Positions 1 to 19,629 of a stretch of DNA of 64,000 bases are shown piece by piece. Where the stretch lies: the NCBI GenBank assembly GCA_030704615.1, contig CM060733.1, positions 26,846,001-26,910,000 of the forward strand, read 5' to 3'. The first letter of the stretch is position 1; each line of letters begins with the position of its first letter. The notes under the pieces are model-generated. The model made no database searches, was not told the origin of the DNA, and saw only the letters and a program-made list of their open reading frames with translations. Origin of the DNA: Takakia lepidozioides. Taxonomy: Eukaryota > Plantae > Bryophyta. The position numbers were made by a program, and so were the translations under genes.

Positions 1-1847
1 CCTACCGAAAATCATCCAGAGATTCCAGCCTTATATGGGCCCAGCTCATTTATGCATGACATACCAAAAAATGAGCCAAGTCCACCATGGAAATTGTGAG
101 ATTATAGCGTTGGCCCGGACCTCAAATATCAGGTCCCAAAGAAAAAGTGAGAAAGAAATTGGTTTGACCAAATTAAAACCTAGCTTTATCCAATTTTGCT
201 TGCCCCAGGACCCACCATTTCCAAATCAATAGTGGAGTGGCTATGACCCCACTAAATTGCAGGGCCAACAGATTTTTTCACCTATGCTTGCTTTGCATGC
301 AATTACATGGGGGTTGAAATCTCAAAATTGACAAGAGAAAATGTGCCTCCAAATGAAGTACTTTTTTTTCTACAAAGTTTTTAAAAGCCAATGGTGGATA
401 TATGTATGTAATGCTCACACACCACAAGGTGAAGTGTTTTTTCCAAAATTGCTAATTTTATGCCAAAAATGGCCTTTGGAGTGCAATCTGTTTTGGGCTT
501 GGTGACCTGCCACGTCAGCGGTCAACAAGCCCTTTTCAGGCCCCAAAATGTAAATGAGAGATCTAAGATATTTTTTGTAGGTAGGAGCTTTTGTTTTTTT
601 TTTATAAATTTTGTTTTTTCATCATACTCGAGACAAATCCCTTGTCATTAAAGCTTCAGGAGTGGGCCCCATCAGATTAGATCTGCAAAAATTAGGTCAA
701 ACTGCAAATTCAAAGTGAGCTTGGGAACTTAAGGGTTCTCAACAGTAGTTTTGCAGGCGGGATTAATTTCGGGACCTTCGAGAAGACATCCACAAGCATC
801 AACGTTTTACTTCTCAATTTTGTCCTTTGTAACTTCTTGGGTTCCCATGGACGCGATGCTTTTGTTGAGTAGGTACATGGTATAACAAACCGAACGTTAG
901 GTTGACGTTGTTGAATAAGGATAAGTCCAAACTCTACGTTGGTGAGAATTTGCGGTCAATCTCGGAAGCTTGATCATTTGAGGTGAAACACGTGGTCGAT
1001 TTCTGTGTCATCCAAATTAAAAGCATATGCTACTGTAACAAAGACCATCAAAAAATATAGTCTTTGTTTTCTAGTAGTAGAACTCAAGGCTGATTGCTTT
1101 GCATTATTTTACATCCATGAACCAAATGTGTCCATCCGTTCGAAATCAGTACTTCACTATAGTTCTCTCACTAAATAGACATCAAGATAATAATTGAATA
1201 TTATGTTGCCAAAATATCACCTAATTTGTTCTTCAAAACATAGGTGTATGCAAAAATCCCAACAACCGTTGATACAACAAGAAATACAAAGGAGATATAC
1301 ATGCGAATGAAAAAGTAGTTGCTATCCAAATACACCATCGTGGGATGGTGGATGGTCGGAGATTTTTTCAAAAAACTTTGTTTTTTGGTCATTCCTCTGG
1401 TGATTGCCCCCTCCTGATTCTCACTAGTATGAGAATATATCTTTTTAGGCAGGGCTACCTCATATGCATGGGGAGGGTACACTGGGTAGTCTACCTCCGA
1501 ATCCGTCGTCGGCAATAGCCGTAACGCTGCTGTTTTTCGGCGAGTCATTATAATGTTGGATAACGGTGGTGGCGTCACTTTTTGCGGCACCGTAGCCGAA
1601 GGAATGGTTTGAGTATAAGATGTTGTGACAGACTCCCACTCTTGGGAGAATGCGCTGGTTCCCGGAGATGTTGGTGTGGGTTGTTGTGCCATTGCAAAGC
1701 CCCTCAAACTTCCATCTTCTGCCTACAAATCCTGAAAATTTGATGTTGTAAGTAGCTAAGGAAGTTATCCCCAAATAATTGAAAAATATGAATATCTTTG
1801 TGGTTACGCTGGCTTCGGCCGGAGTCTTCTCTTTCTCTCTTTTAGTT

Positions 1848-1914
1848 TTTTAGAGAAAGAGAAACACCTGGGAGCCAAATCAGGCCCCTTCATAATGAGA
1901 GGAGAAACCGCGAG

Positions 1915-1952
<38 letters not shown>

Positions 1953-2024
1953 TTTTTTATTCTTTTAGAGAAAGAGAAACACGGAGCCAAATCAGGCCCC
2001 TTCATAATGAGAGGAGAAACCGCG
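1848..2024. repeat. Local direct duplication (~60 bp x2) flanking a (CT)n microsatellite
   Basis: ttttagagaaagagaaacac..ggagccaaatcaggccccttcataatgagaggagaaaccgcg occurs at ~1848-1912 and ~1964-2024, with a CT repeat between. Confidence 0.8.
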
Positions 2025-2349
2025 CCATGAATCCTGAGAAATGGGATACCGCCCAGGGAAGGGGGAGAAGAGTATACCACACCCATCAAGTAGCAGGATT
2101 GGACCCCATAATCATCTGGGTGGCACTCAGTGCACTTTACCAATTGAGCTACTGACTGTTAGTAAATCTTCTTAGGACTCATTAACTGTTACAAATATGA
2201 CCAAACAAATACCAGCCTACGAACTTGTACTATTATTCATGACATACACTAATTTTGTGAAAATTGACTAAGAAAGTGATGCTGGTATCGTCCAGCTTGT
2301 CCTCGTCCCAGTGTGCTTACTTAGTATTCAGAGGTTTAAGTTATTAGGG

Positions 2350-2432
2350 CCTGAAAGGTGTCCACCTTTCAGTTGGAAGGCAGTAGCCCTTGTGGTGAAG
2401 AGACACCATAATTTACGCTTCCTTCGGGAGGC
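2350..2432 (+). mobile_element. 5'-truncated copy of tRNA-derived SINE family
   Basis: ggtgtccacctttcagttggaaggcagtagccctt...gaagagacaccataatttacgcttccttcgggagg matches the copies at ~18911-18985 and ~30067-30142. Confidence 0.65.
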
Positions 2433-5309
2433 CTCTCTCTCACTCTATATATATATAATTAGGGCCTCCGTCTCCCCTGCGTTTAGTACATATACACACT
2501 GACAATTTTTAATCTTATTTTTTAAAAAATATTTTGAAGGGAAACACCGAGTAGCCACCACTCATCACAAATCCGGCCTCTTTAATTACAGTGAGACGAG
2601 AAAATAACCTCTTTCACAGGGCACATGGGACACTGCCGAAGGGAAAATTATACCACAGCTGACAATGTAGCAGGTGCGAGTACTCACACATTAGATCATA
2701 ATATATTGTAGAGTGACAATGTATAATATTTGTATATTTTGGTTAGATTTTTTCTTCCAAAATTTTTTAAAGAAAGGGAATGGAAGCCCTGAGTTTTTAT
2801 ATTAGCGGGACGAAGCCCAAGGATTTTAATTGTAGCGGAGATAACAAATTTTAGGGGGCTTCAATTCCACATTGTCAAAATAATTTCACTATTTCGATTA
2901 CTGGAGAGTTGTTTGGATCAATTGAGTCATAAATGAGTTAATCAAATATTTAGTTCTAGGTAAGCATGTGGAACTACAGAAATCGGCAAAGCTCGGTTTA
3001 TCATTGTTATCATGCAAGCTGCCAAAAGAGGCACAAGAAGCTTCAAGGATGAGAGAGAGATGTCCAGGATTTCCCAACCTTCTCGAGCTCTCGAAATTTG
3101 TCGAGCGCTAAATTTTGGTAGTATTCCTTCCTTTGCTTCTGTTTTTTCCAAGAGAGAGCATTCCTTTCAAGTTATTGGGGGTGAAACAATTAAACTGAAA
3201 ACTCGACAAAGAAAAGAGAGACATTGTTGTTTCTTCCCTCTTGGATTCAAGCGAGCTTACTTAGTCTAAATGCATATCAATCCTTCAATTGGCAGTTTTT
3301 GAGTAACTTCCCTTTTGAGTACGGAGGTTAGCGTGCTGGCAATGGTGTTCAAATTCTTGTTTCCCCCTACTCTATTGGTCATATTTCGTGGTCAATGGTT
3401 TGGAAGGGCAACATTCTACGAGAATCATTCGGTTGTATGGCCAAAACAATTGATGACCGAGTAGAAAAGACCTACATTTGTGTGGCTGGAGACTCGCCGA
3501 GTGGGGGAGGGAAACATCGTTGGAAGTAAGCCATGCTATTAGCTCTTTCACTGTCATATTCTTTATGTCACTCGCCGATCTCGCCTCCATTTGCAACTCC
3601 TTTGCTCTCCTGGTGTTATATACATGTAAACAGTAATGCGCATGGCTAGCTAGGTCTCTAAAGTTGGACCTCGTCCATTTCCATTCAAACCTTTCCAACG
3701 TTTTCCACGCTTGCATTAAAGGTCAATCGACATCCAGAATACATCCCAAAACTCAAATCAGATTTACATGTTTGATACACCAAACCAACACGCAGAGGGT
3801 GTCGTTGCTACCTCATCGCCGAGGACCGAGCACACAGAGCTTCACACCTACACTAGTCTAAAACACACACCCAAAGCAACGCATCCGAGGGAGACAGCCT
3901 ACCAGAAATATATGGCGAGGGAAGCAGCGCAACCTCTAACTTCTATCATCCATCCGCCGCCTGCGACCTCATCCTTCATCCAACACATGACCCACATTCA
4001 TCCTTCAAGCCCCACACTCTGCCATCGATCACAAGCGTATATCTACTAGTGCTGCATTATATCATAAAAATTCCTAATTTTGTTGGTCCAGGTTCTCTCA
4101 CATTATCCCATATCGTTTGCCCGGGTTTGCCATCACGCCATACTATATAGTCACTAGGGGGCTTATTCATCATCCAAGATATAATTTCTAATTCTAATCT
4201 CTCACTACATTCGCTCTTTTTGCTCTATTTACTAATTTAGCTATGGTCATATTTGGTTTTTGGGCCCTTGAGGTGTGATGCCTGGATCCGGCGCTATGGG
4301 TTTGTTCTCCTTCCTCTACCGGACTTGACCCTATCCGGGGAATGTAGTCAGTAGAAAGGCCTGGTAAAGAAGACGGAATCTTTCTAAGAGGACGCCACAG
4401 ACCCAGACCTCCAACACTTTCATCCAACCACTTAGACACACCGTTACGCCCAACGTACGCTTGCGGAAGACTCAAAAGCCACCACCCTCACTGCCATGGC
4501 AGTGAGGCTTAAATAGCATTAGGTCATAATCTAATCTTAGTGCCATGTGACACTTACACATAGGTCCACCATATGTCCTTCCAGCATAGCTATAGAAAGA
4601 AGCCTGATCACCTAGTCTCATCCTAAACTAGCTGTTAGAATAAGAATAAGAATAAGAATAAGACAGCCCCTAATAAAGCCATCAGCTCTTGCCAGCTCAT
4701 CCTCATGCGCAAGGTGTACGTCCATCCAGCTTTCATCCGGGCTTCGTCCATCCCTTAAAGCATCCCTCCTCCATCCATCCATGTCGAAAAGTAAGGTGAG
4801 AAGGAATCCCAGCTCCACAGATGTAGCCCCCTAAATACTAACTAAAATAATTACTATATTTGTATAATAGTGAGGTGAGCGCTCAGCACATCCTTATATA
4901 GCCCTCCAGAAGACCCTACAGACGTCTAAGACAGCCCCAAGTGTCCTACCCTACATAAAGCACACCACACTTTGACACGTTCCCACTAATTCCAAACCCG
5001 CCCATAGAAACTGTAACTCTAACCCACCACTAGCTGATCCAATGGTTGGGCCTATTTCCTTACCTTCTATAAATAAAACATTCCCTCCCCCCTCTCTCGA
5101 GGTGTCTCCTGCAGCCCGGGCCCACCCATCTACTCGACCCCTTTCTCTCGCCCTTGCGTGTCTTCCCCCTGCCTCTAGCCCCCCCCCCCCCCCACTTCAA
5201 TCGTGCTAGCTAGTCATTGAAACTTGGGTTTACATATTTGGTCTACTGGTATTAATTAATTATGTCATGGTGTACCGCACATTTGTATATTAAATGATGG
5301 AACTTTATT

Positions 5310-6345
5310 ATAGGGCCCACTCCTGAATGGGGAGTAGCCGCAAGGCGAAGTGGCTCTTAGTTACGCCGGCGGCTTCGGCCGGAGCCTCTCTCTCTCTAAC
5401 TTTATTAAACATATCCAAAAAGTTGAAAAGGTGTCATAGGGTGGTCTTCACTCCAATCGTTTGAACTCTGAATATCTGCCTGCACGGTGAAAGTGCCTAT
5501 GTTGAAAGCTAAATTACACATATCAGTACACATGATCAGTAAGCGAACAAACTTGGGTTGCAGACCGTTTCGTGCATGCGGAATCTGAGATTTGTCCACT
5601 TTTCCCACGTCACACAAACCTGGGCCCTTATTGGTGATTCTCCTGCTGTTCTTTATGCGAAGCTTCAGAAGGTTTCGAATGTAAAAAAACTTCTGCCAGT
5701 CCACCGATCACATCCGCACGTCCCAAATCTTGAAGCATTTGAAATAAGGGAAGATGCCTCGTAGAAAATGCGTGCTGTATCAACAATCTCAAGGTCCTGT
5801 GGCAAAACCATTGATTTCCACGAACAATGGGAATCCAACAGCGGGATAAAACTGTCCAGATCGCAACATATGAAGAAGGACAGCTGAAAGAGTTGTTGCA
5901 ATCTATCTACGTACCTTGTGTTTCTGCCACAATTGTGCACGCTCCAAAATATTTCTGATGCGACAAACAGACAGACCCGGTTTTTTGATGCAGACGCTCC
6001 ATATTTTAGGTACTCATCCATACCCTGTTGCATCTAATCGGCAGTAACGCCCTTATGCACAAACCGAAAGTGCTACTTTTCATGCAGTCCCCACCATGTC
6101 CACAAAAGTGTGGAGTCCCGTATCCCTCAACAACTTGCAATGGACGACACGACCAAATGGCGCAAACTGTGGACCTAACCATCCCAATTTTTTTTTAATC
6201 TGCTTGTGAAGCATTTGAATGCTGGAACTATATACCTGACAAACCATCTGGATATGTAGGTGCAAGAGAGTGTCACCTTTTCCTAAAGCGCACAAACCCG
6301 TGACACAGCCATCATGTATGAACTGTTCCTCTTGTATGGCCCAAT
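5310..6345 (-). mobile_element. Degraded Replitron-like element (HUH/Y1 endonuclease transposase remnant)
   Basis: Joined minus-strand frames read GLCALGKGDTLLHLHIQMV (HUH motif)...IKKKLGW...CKLLRDTGLHTFVDMVG[Y]CMK (1-nt loss in the Tyr codon near 6088)...HFRFVHKGV...GMDEYLKYG...KNRVCL. Hairpin cluster at 5313-5385 at the downstream end. Confidence 0.7.
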
Positions 6346-6545
6346 TATTATTTTTCTTTCAAATTCGGCATTCCCTGCTTGGGACTGCCCTGGGTGTCAG
6401 GCCCTCAAATCTGGGAATGCACTTTTGTGATGAATTTGAAAGGAAAACAAATTTAAGGGGCCTGATTTGTGAGCTGTCGCTCCCAGGTGTTTCGAAAAAA
6501 ATAAAATACAAATGTGGGTCCTACGAGAGAAATAATAACTTATTT

Positions 6546-6625
6546 AGGGTGGCAGTCACCACACCCCCGAGGGTTCTTGATGACACGAAGAGGATTCCCA
6601 GGGACTGTGCTGATCAGCCCAAAGA
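6546..6625 (-). pseudogene. Out-of-frame DYW domain remnant
   Basis: A shifted frame reads [25 protein letters not shown], then unrelated sequence. The HSE motif and C-terminal DYW are absent. Confidence 0.85.
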
Positions 6626-8305
6626 AAATTCCTTTCCCTCTGCCTCCACATCATGCAACAGGCATGTAACCTCCTTCATCTGCCCTAGTAATCTGTTCAG
6701 CTCAGCATGGATTTCATTGATTTGTGGATGCGATTTTTCAGCTACACCAAATGTATGAACCAGGTTGTCAACCTCAACGCAGCAGCGACCTGGGTCCTTT
6801 CTAACACCTCTGTCCTTCATCAACTTTCTCACCTTTGCAGTATCCTCCCACCTGCCAGCTGCAGCATAGATATTTGATAGTAGCACATATGTTGACACGT
6901 CCTTGGGATCCAGCTTGAGAAGGCTTTTGGCTGCATGTTCTGCCACCTCCACATTCCCATGAATTCTGCAAGCTCCAAGCAAGGCCCCCCAGACCGCAAC
7001 ACCTGGTTGAACAGGCATTTTGTTGATAAAGTCCGCTGCTTCATCCAACCGCCCTGCACGACCAAGAAGGTCCACCATGCAGCCAAAATGCTCCACTGTA
7101 GGATTAAGGTCATAATCCTGACACATAGAGTGAAAGTAGTGACAAGCTTCATCCACTAGACCCACATGGCTACAAGCAGATAGGAGACATATAAAGGTGA
7201 TACCGTCTGGCTTCAAGGATTCCTTCTGCATTTGTTCAAATAGTTGCATGGCTTCCATAGCACACCCATGTTGTGCATAACCTGCAATCAGTGCACTCCA
7301 TGAGACCACGTTTCGCTGAGCCATGTTGTTGAAGACTTGATGTGCATCCTTCATGCTCCCACATTTAGCATACATGTCCACGAGGGCGGTCTCCAAGATG
7401 GTATCCGGCACAATTCCAGCTTTGCTGATGTCTGCATGGACCTCCATGCCCTTTTCCAGGGCAGTCACGTTGGCACATGCCTTAAGAACAGAAGTGAGTG
7501 TGATATTGTTGGGCAACACCCCTTCCTGTATCATTTGCTTATATGTCTCAAAAGCCTCCCTACAACACCCATGCTGAGCATATCCTGTAACCATTGCACT
7601 CCATGAGACCACATTCCGACGAGTCATTTTGTCAAACACACAATGTGCATCCTTCATGCTCCCACATTTGGCATACATATCAATGAGGGTGTTCTCCAGA
7701 ATGATATCTGGTGTAATTCCAGCTTTTATGATGTTAGCGTGGATCTCTCTGCCCTTTTCCAGGGCAACCAGACTAACACAAGCCTTCAGAGCACAAATGA
7801 AGGTAACTCTATTGGGTGTTACGCCTTCCTGTATCATTTGCTTGTAAATCTCTAAGGCCTCTCTACCATACCCATGATTGGCATATCCTCCCATCATTGT
7901 AGTCCATGTAATCACATCTCGTTCAGGCATTTTGTCAAACACTAGGCGTGCATCCACCACACTTCCACACTTGGCATGCATGTTGATGAGTGTGTTGAGT
8001 AGAAAGATGTTTGGCTTGAATCCACTTTGGATAATATGGGCATGTACCTGCTTTCCCTCTGCTAGGGCTTTCATCTTGATGCACTCTTGCAAGAGAAAGA
8101 CATAAGTTTTGGAATCTGCCAAAATGCCTCCATGGTTTAAAACGTGCAGCGCCCCTTTCAATTGTCCTGCCTTGTTTAGTCTCCTCACATCCCCACAAGT
8201 GCCAGAAGAGTTCTTGTCGACTACCTCTCTCAATCCTCTTTCAAAAGCAATTGTCATGGTGGGGGTGCCTGACTCAAACAACTGTGCCTGATTCAACCCC
8301 ACCAT
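6614..8305 (-). CDS. PLS-class pentatricopeptide repeat protein with E/E+ domain and truncated DYW (organellar RNA-editing factor family)
   Basis: 563-aa ORF with repeated [23 protein letters not shown] units; E domain [13 protein letters not shown]...[14 protein letters not shown]; PG box [11 protein letters not shown] splice acceptor (tcatgcag) just 5' suggests upstream exon(s). Confidence 0.93.
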   Translation of the reverse strand: MVGLNQAQLFESGTPTMTIAFERGLREVVDKNSSGTCGDVRRLNKAGQLKGALHVLNHGGILADSKTYVFLLQECIKMKALAEGKQVHAHIIQSGFKPNIFLLNTLINMHAKCGSVVDARLVFDKMPERDVITWTTMMGGYANHGYGREALEIYKQMIQEGVTPNRVTFICALKACVSLVALEKGREIHANIIKAGITPDIILENTLIDMYAKCGSMKDAHCVFDKMTRRNVVSWSAMVTGYAQHGCCREAFETYKQMIQEGVLPNNITLTSVLKACANVTALEKGMEVHADISKAGIVPDTILETALVDMYAKCGSMKDAHQVFNNMAQRNVVSWSALIAGYAQHGCAMEAMQLFEQMQKESLKPDGITFICLLSACSHVGLVDEACHYFHSMCQDYDLNPTVEHFGCMVDLLGRAGRLDEAADFINKMPVQPGVAVWGALLGACRIHGNVEVAEHAAKSLLKLDPKDVSTYVLLSNIYAAAGRWEDTAKVRKLMKDRGVRKDPGRCCVEVDNLVHTFGVAEKSHPQINEIHAELNRLLGQMKEVTCLLHDVEAEGKEFSLG

Positions 8306-9149
8306 CCTGCATGAGTAAAACCTTGTAAGTTACCAACCTTGATGCAAAATCTATCTTGAAGAAAGGTCTCTTCATGCCGACTGGCCACAACATATATTTT
8401 CTTTCTATGTAGGGAATACCAAGTACCAATTTTGTGCTCAACTTGACACTAAGAAAAAGCTACAACATAAAACATCTGTTCAGGCTACACTGTTGGGAAT
8501 AATCTCCCATGAACCCCCGCACACACGACTTTTCTGCTCAATTTCTGTAGGAATCAAGAGAATTAACTATCCCTTCGTTCAGTAGCAGAACTCTGCTCAA
8601 TGAGTGCCTACTTGTTTCCATTGTTGAAATGTATAACAAGACCACTTAGTAAACAACCCCGATGCTACCAAGCATCTACAAATGAGCAAGAATGGGCATA
8701 CTGGAATCTTCCCCTAGACACCCCCCCACCCCCCGGCCCCCACCGGGACTTGCAACTTGATGCTTCAAGCTTCTCCGATTGACCTGGGCAATTACAAGTC
8801 AGTGAAACTCTCAGATAGCTGACAGAAGTTCTCTCGTTCAGTGCTCAATGTCAAAGTTCTTATTCAGACAGAACAGACCTTTCTACTCCATTCGACACCA
8901 TGGATGACAAGTCAAAATCTATACACGGGGTAAGTGTCCCAAGCAGTCAGACGGACAATCCGTCCCTAAGTGTGCGGAGTCTGAACATCGTGTAACTGAA
9001 GGATTTGGTACTCTGAATGGTTTACCAATCCTCAAAGTTTACACAAGACGAGCAAAATCTACACACGGGGTAACTGTCCCCCCTTTGCAGAACGGTTGGC
9101 CGTCCAGGAGCAACAATAGGCTACCAAGATCATTGGGAGGAAACTAATT

Positions 9150-10309
9150 GTCTGCGGTAGAGCTGTTAATTGAGATTAAACTCAAGATAGCTGAGAGACG
9201 AGTACTCTATAAGAGTGCTGCAATTTGAAAACCAACAAAGAATTGTGGGCGAGGTACTACCAGATCCGTAAAGATATCAATCAGCTTGTAAGGTCTCAGA
9301 AGAAATTATACTGATATACAGTGAAATAAACTCAAACCAACATGGTGGTAATGACAAGAGAATCTGGTTGGCCCTTCAATGTTTGTACAAGCCGAAAAGC
9401 TGTCAGCAAGTACAAGCGCTGAAGACTACTGAGGGTGCCGTGGTGACTTCATCGGTTGACATTGTCAAAACCTTTGAAAACCACTACAGTATCCTTGGCA
9501 GAACTTCTAGGTCTAACAGTGAGGGGTCCTCTGATGAATGGAAGGACACAGTTGGAAAAACTGTTCCTATGATTCAAAACAGCCCTGATGAACTGGAGTA
9601 TATTTCAAAGGCTTACAACGCTCCCATTAGTTCTTCTGAGATTGTGGAAGCAATTGAACATTTAAACGGATATAAAGCAGGTCGACCTGATGGCATAGTC
9701 AACGAGCTTATCAAGCACGGTGGCGATCCCATGATAGAGGCCCTAGTTCTCCTCTTTAACCTTATCTGGAAGACTGAAATGATCCCCTTTCGCTGGCGAC
9801 AGGGGGTCATTGTCAATCTATACAAGAAGGGTGACAGAGAAGAACCAGGGAACTACTGTGGCATCACGCTTCTCAATGCTGTTGGCAAGATATTTTGCAG
9901 AGTTATAAGTACTCGTCTCGAGGTTGATATGGAAATCTAGAGGTTGTTTTCACGAAGGCCAAGCTGGCTTTCAGCGAAACAGGGGCTGTATGGATCACAT
10001 CTTCACTCTAAGCCAGATTATCCAGGGAAGGAAAAAAGAGGGGAAACCCACTATGTTTTCTTCTTGGATGTCAAGAAGGCTTATGACACAGTGTGGAGAG
10101 ATGGTCTATGGCGCCTCTGGTCTTGTGGGATCGAGGGAAAGATGTGGAGAGTTGTCCATAACTTGTATGCTCACACCAAAAGCTGTGTCACTGTTAATGG
10201 ACAGAAGTCCAACTTCTTGGACATAGACCAAGGTGCAGCTCAAGGATGTACCCTCTCCCCTCTGCTCTTCAATGTTTTCATCAATCAACTTTCTAAGCTG
10301 TATGGGTAA
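9150..10309 (+). mobile_element. LINE reverse transcriptase fragment (RTE/RTEX-like), frameshifted
   Basis: KAGRPDGIVNELIK, LYKKGDREEPGNYCGITLL, QAGFQRNRGCMDHIF, FLDVKKAYDTV, QGAAQGCTLSPLLF; breaks off before the YADD motif. Confidence 0.88.
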
Positions 10310-11099
10310 GTTTTGCTACAGAGTACACTGCATAGATTATGGAACTCACCTATCGCATGAGGCAGCCACTGCCTAAGAAGAACGGCGCAGCGTTTGACGC
10401 CAGCCTCAGGTTTCCTTGAGGGAAGTATTTTACGGAAGTAATCTGCCCTTGGGATCTGTTACCAGAAGGCTCTGAAGACCTGTCTTGACTTGGATCAATC
10501 TCAGTCTACAGCCCAGCTGAGTGGTTTCATTTTGAATTGTGTGTGTGCTTTGTTTCAAGACATGGAAGTACACCCCTTTTGGGCTATGATGGAAGATTTG
10601 GTTTTATCTCTATACTTAAAGCACTGGTTTGCTTGAGTAAAGGTTAAGGTTGACTTGGAGGTCATTGACATGCTAGAAAGCACGAATACCGGAATTCTGG
10701 AATCCCAGTGTGACAGTACAGTGAATATGAATATTGTTCAGTATGATGTCTGTCACTATGAAGAAAGGTGGGGGTTTTGAAGGGTTTCTAACAAACCCCA
10801 CCACCCGCCCCGATCACCCAGAAGTGTGAAACAAATCAGGAGCAAGCCTGTGATTTAGGAGAAGGGTGATGGTGCCCTTTTCTCAGGGCTGTTTCTGTCT
10901 TTGTTTTTCCTTAGAAAAACAGTGTGATCTAGTCCTAAGTGACTAATCCTTGCTTGTCTTGACAAGACAAGTCCTATCTCTTTCAGAATCCATCCCAAAA
11001 AGGATACTTACCCCTAGGTGCCTCCAGCTTGTCATCCACCCATGGAGGTTTCTTGTAGGTGGCAATCCACTGAGCCTCGTTTATATGCTTGTGCTTGAA

Positions 11100-11327
11100 A
11101 CCTGGTCCCCTATGATGGATCTGTACCCAAATTCACTCCCTGCCTCCTTGAGCTATCCCTGCCTCCAGAACAAAAAATCAGAGATAATGACAACCCATAA
11201 TTTACTGGCAAACTACCTACCAGGCTCCAGAGCATATGCTGAATTGGTAACAGGACTACGAAAACATGTCTGAAGGAGAGAGGGAGAGAGAATTTAATCC
11301 CCCTCTAGCAGCCTCTAGCCTTGTAGC
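11100..11327 (+). repeat. Dispersed duplicate, copy 1 (pairs with ~20903-21119)
   Basis: Shared acaacccataatttactggca...aggagagagggagagagaatttaatc...cctctagccttgtag. Confidence 0.8.
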
Positions 11328-12735
11328 TTGCGAGAGGTGCAACATGTATATGGGGTTTTCCAGCCACAGGGAATTGTGCAGGTGAGAAAACAGACACCCA
11401 CCTTATTGCCTCGATTGTTACACCGTGTACTGGGGTTCGAACAATACTCCTTCCAAAGCTCCATGCTTTCCATACCCTTGCGTATGCCAGCAACTCTCTT
11501 GCTGAATTTTGACCACTGCTGGACGTAATTACTCATATTTCTCCACCTCCAGATAGCCTCCTTGCTCATCACCCTTGTCCGTACACCTCGTCCTCCGCTA
11601 CTGGCCTCCAATCCCCCACAATTGGCTTGAAACTAATCGACAAAACTCTGAATGTAATAAAGTTCGTGCAATCGCCTCTTGAATCTTTCATTCCAGGATT
11701 CTGAGGGCACACCGATATCCCTGGAAAACGTGTGGAAGGCTGACATGCATGCTCTGGGGTAGGCAAATTACATATACATATATATATTTTCCGGGAACAA
11801 CCGTACATGGAGCACCCGCGGCATTAGAGACATTAGAGTTTCGTGCGTTTGAACAAAAGAACATATAATGTATTCACATTCGTCCAAGATTCTCCATAGC
11901 TTCCGTGTGTGCGCGCACCATCAGAATCTCTCTGTTGCTTACGCCTACAGATTGCTTACGGTAAGTCTCCTAAATACACTCTCCACCCACTCATAACCTA
12001 CTCTGCAGCCATAAAAAGTGAGAGGCACTTGGGGACATGTATCTTTTCATGGAATTGAACAACCCACTTTGAAACCTTCATACTTGCATATACAAATATA
12101 AACCTAAAGATCTTTGAGGTTTTCCCTCACAGTATCGGTTGATTGCTTGGAAGTGCAAAGTTGTTGAGTTGGGTTAAGTGTGCTGCTATTCACAGCGCTG
12201 TGTTGTTTTGGTAGTCTTCCTCACCAAGCTGCACTGCATGTGGGCACTTGTTGGGAGGGAAATGAGAGAAGCACCTTGAAATATCACCTTTTTGTCAAGG
12301 TTTCCAGTACGGAGTGCTAGAACACGTTCATAGTTTACACACACAATAGTGAGCACTTCTCTACTAAGATTCTGCAGTATTTCTAGAGATAAAGAGAGAG
12401 GAGAAAAGAGAGGGACTAATATAACAACTCAAAACTGCAATGATGGTTCTCGCATACGCCCACAAACGCCATCCTCTCGTGCACTACCTTTCAATAGAGG
12501 ATCATCTACCAACCATTAAAAAAATATGTAACGGCAAAGCATCTCTTTCAAGGGGGTCCTGTAACAGACTCTATTTCAGACCAAGGAGTATCGAGTGGCG
12601 TCCACGGTTACAAAATACGTTGTACACAGTAGTGCCACAGATACTTGCAAAAAGTCTTAAGCCCATCTTCCCTACAAGTATGCAAAATGTACCAGTGATA
12701 GGCGCGCTCCCAGCTTTGGGTGCCGCCGCGCGGGC

Positions 12736-12743
12736 TATATAAG
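12736..12743 (+). promoter_or_regulatory. Putative TATA box of the PyrD gene
   Basis: ctatataa ~150 bp upstream of an ATG (12892) that opens a short exon ending at a cag/gtga donor. Confidence 0.4.
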
Positions 12744-12891
12744 CAGTCCTTAGTCAATTTTCTCTTGCATTAACATCTACTTTCAAGTTGGGAGGCAGAC
12801 AAAGCTTGAATTTGGGAAAGCGACAGCAAAACACAGAGGGGGCAGTAAAATCAACTTCGGCCTTGTCCCCTGAAAGCCTGACAACACGGCC

Positions 12892-19493
<6,602 letters not shown>

Positions 19494-19629
19494 ATCTTAC
19501 AAAGACAACATTTGTCAGTCTGACTCATTTTCACTAGATTGAAAGGAAAACAAGTCATGTTTCATACATTTTCTTTGTCATGAAGTCTGAAGAAATCATG
19601 CTTCCCAGTATGAAGATGTGAACCTTATA

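Noticed and set aside
2942-3716. ORFs with a SAP-like stretch (MTVKELIAWL)
   Set aside because: Too short and fragmented to assign a family
4100-5230. LTR or TIR element
   Set aside because: Only a 9-bp inverted match (tagggggct) and a TATA-like motif; no paired LTR, PBS or TSD found
11402-11611. Possible 5' transit-peptide exon of the PPR gene
   Set aside because: It has a plausible donor (aag/gtgggt), but its phase does not match the acceptor at ~8307 without an unseen exon; unresolved
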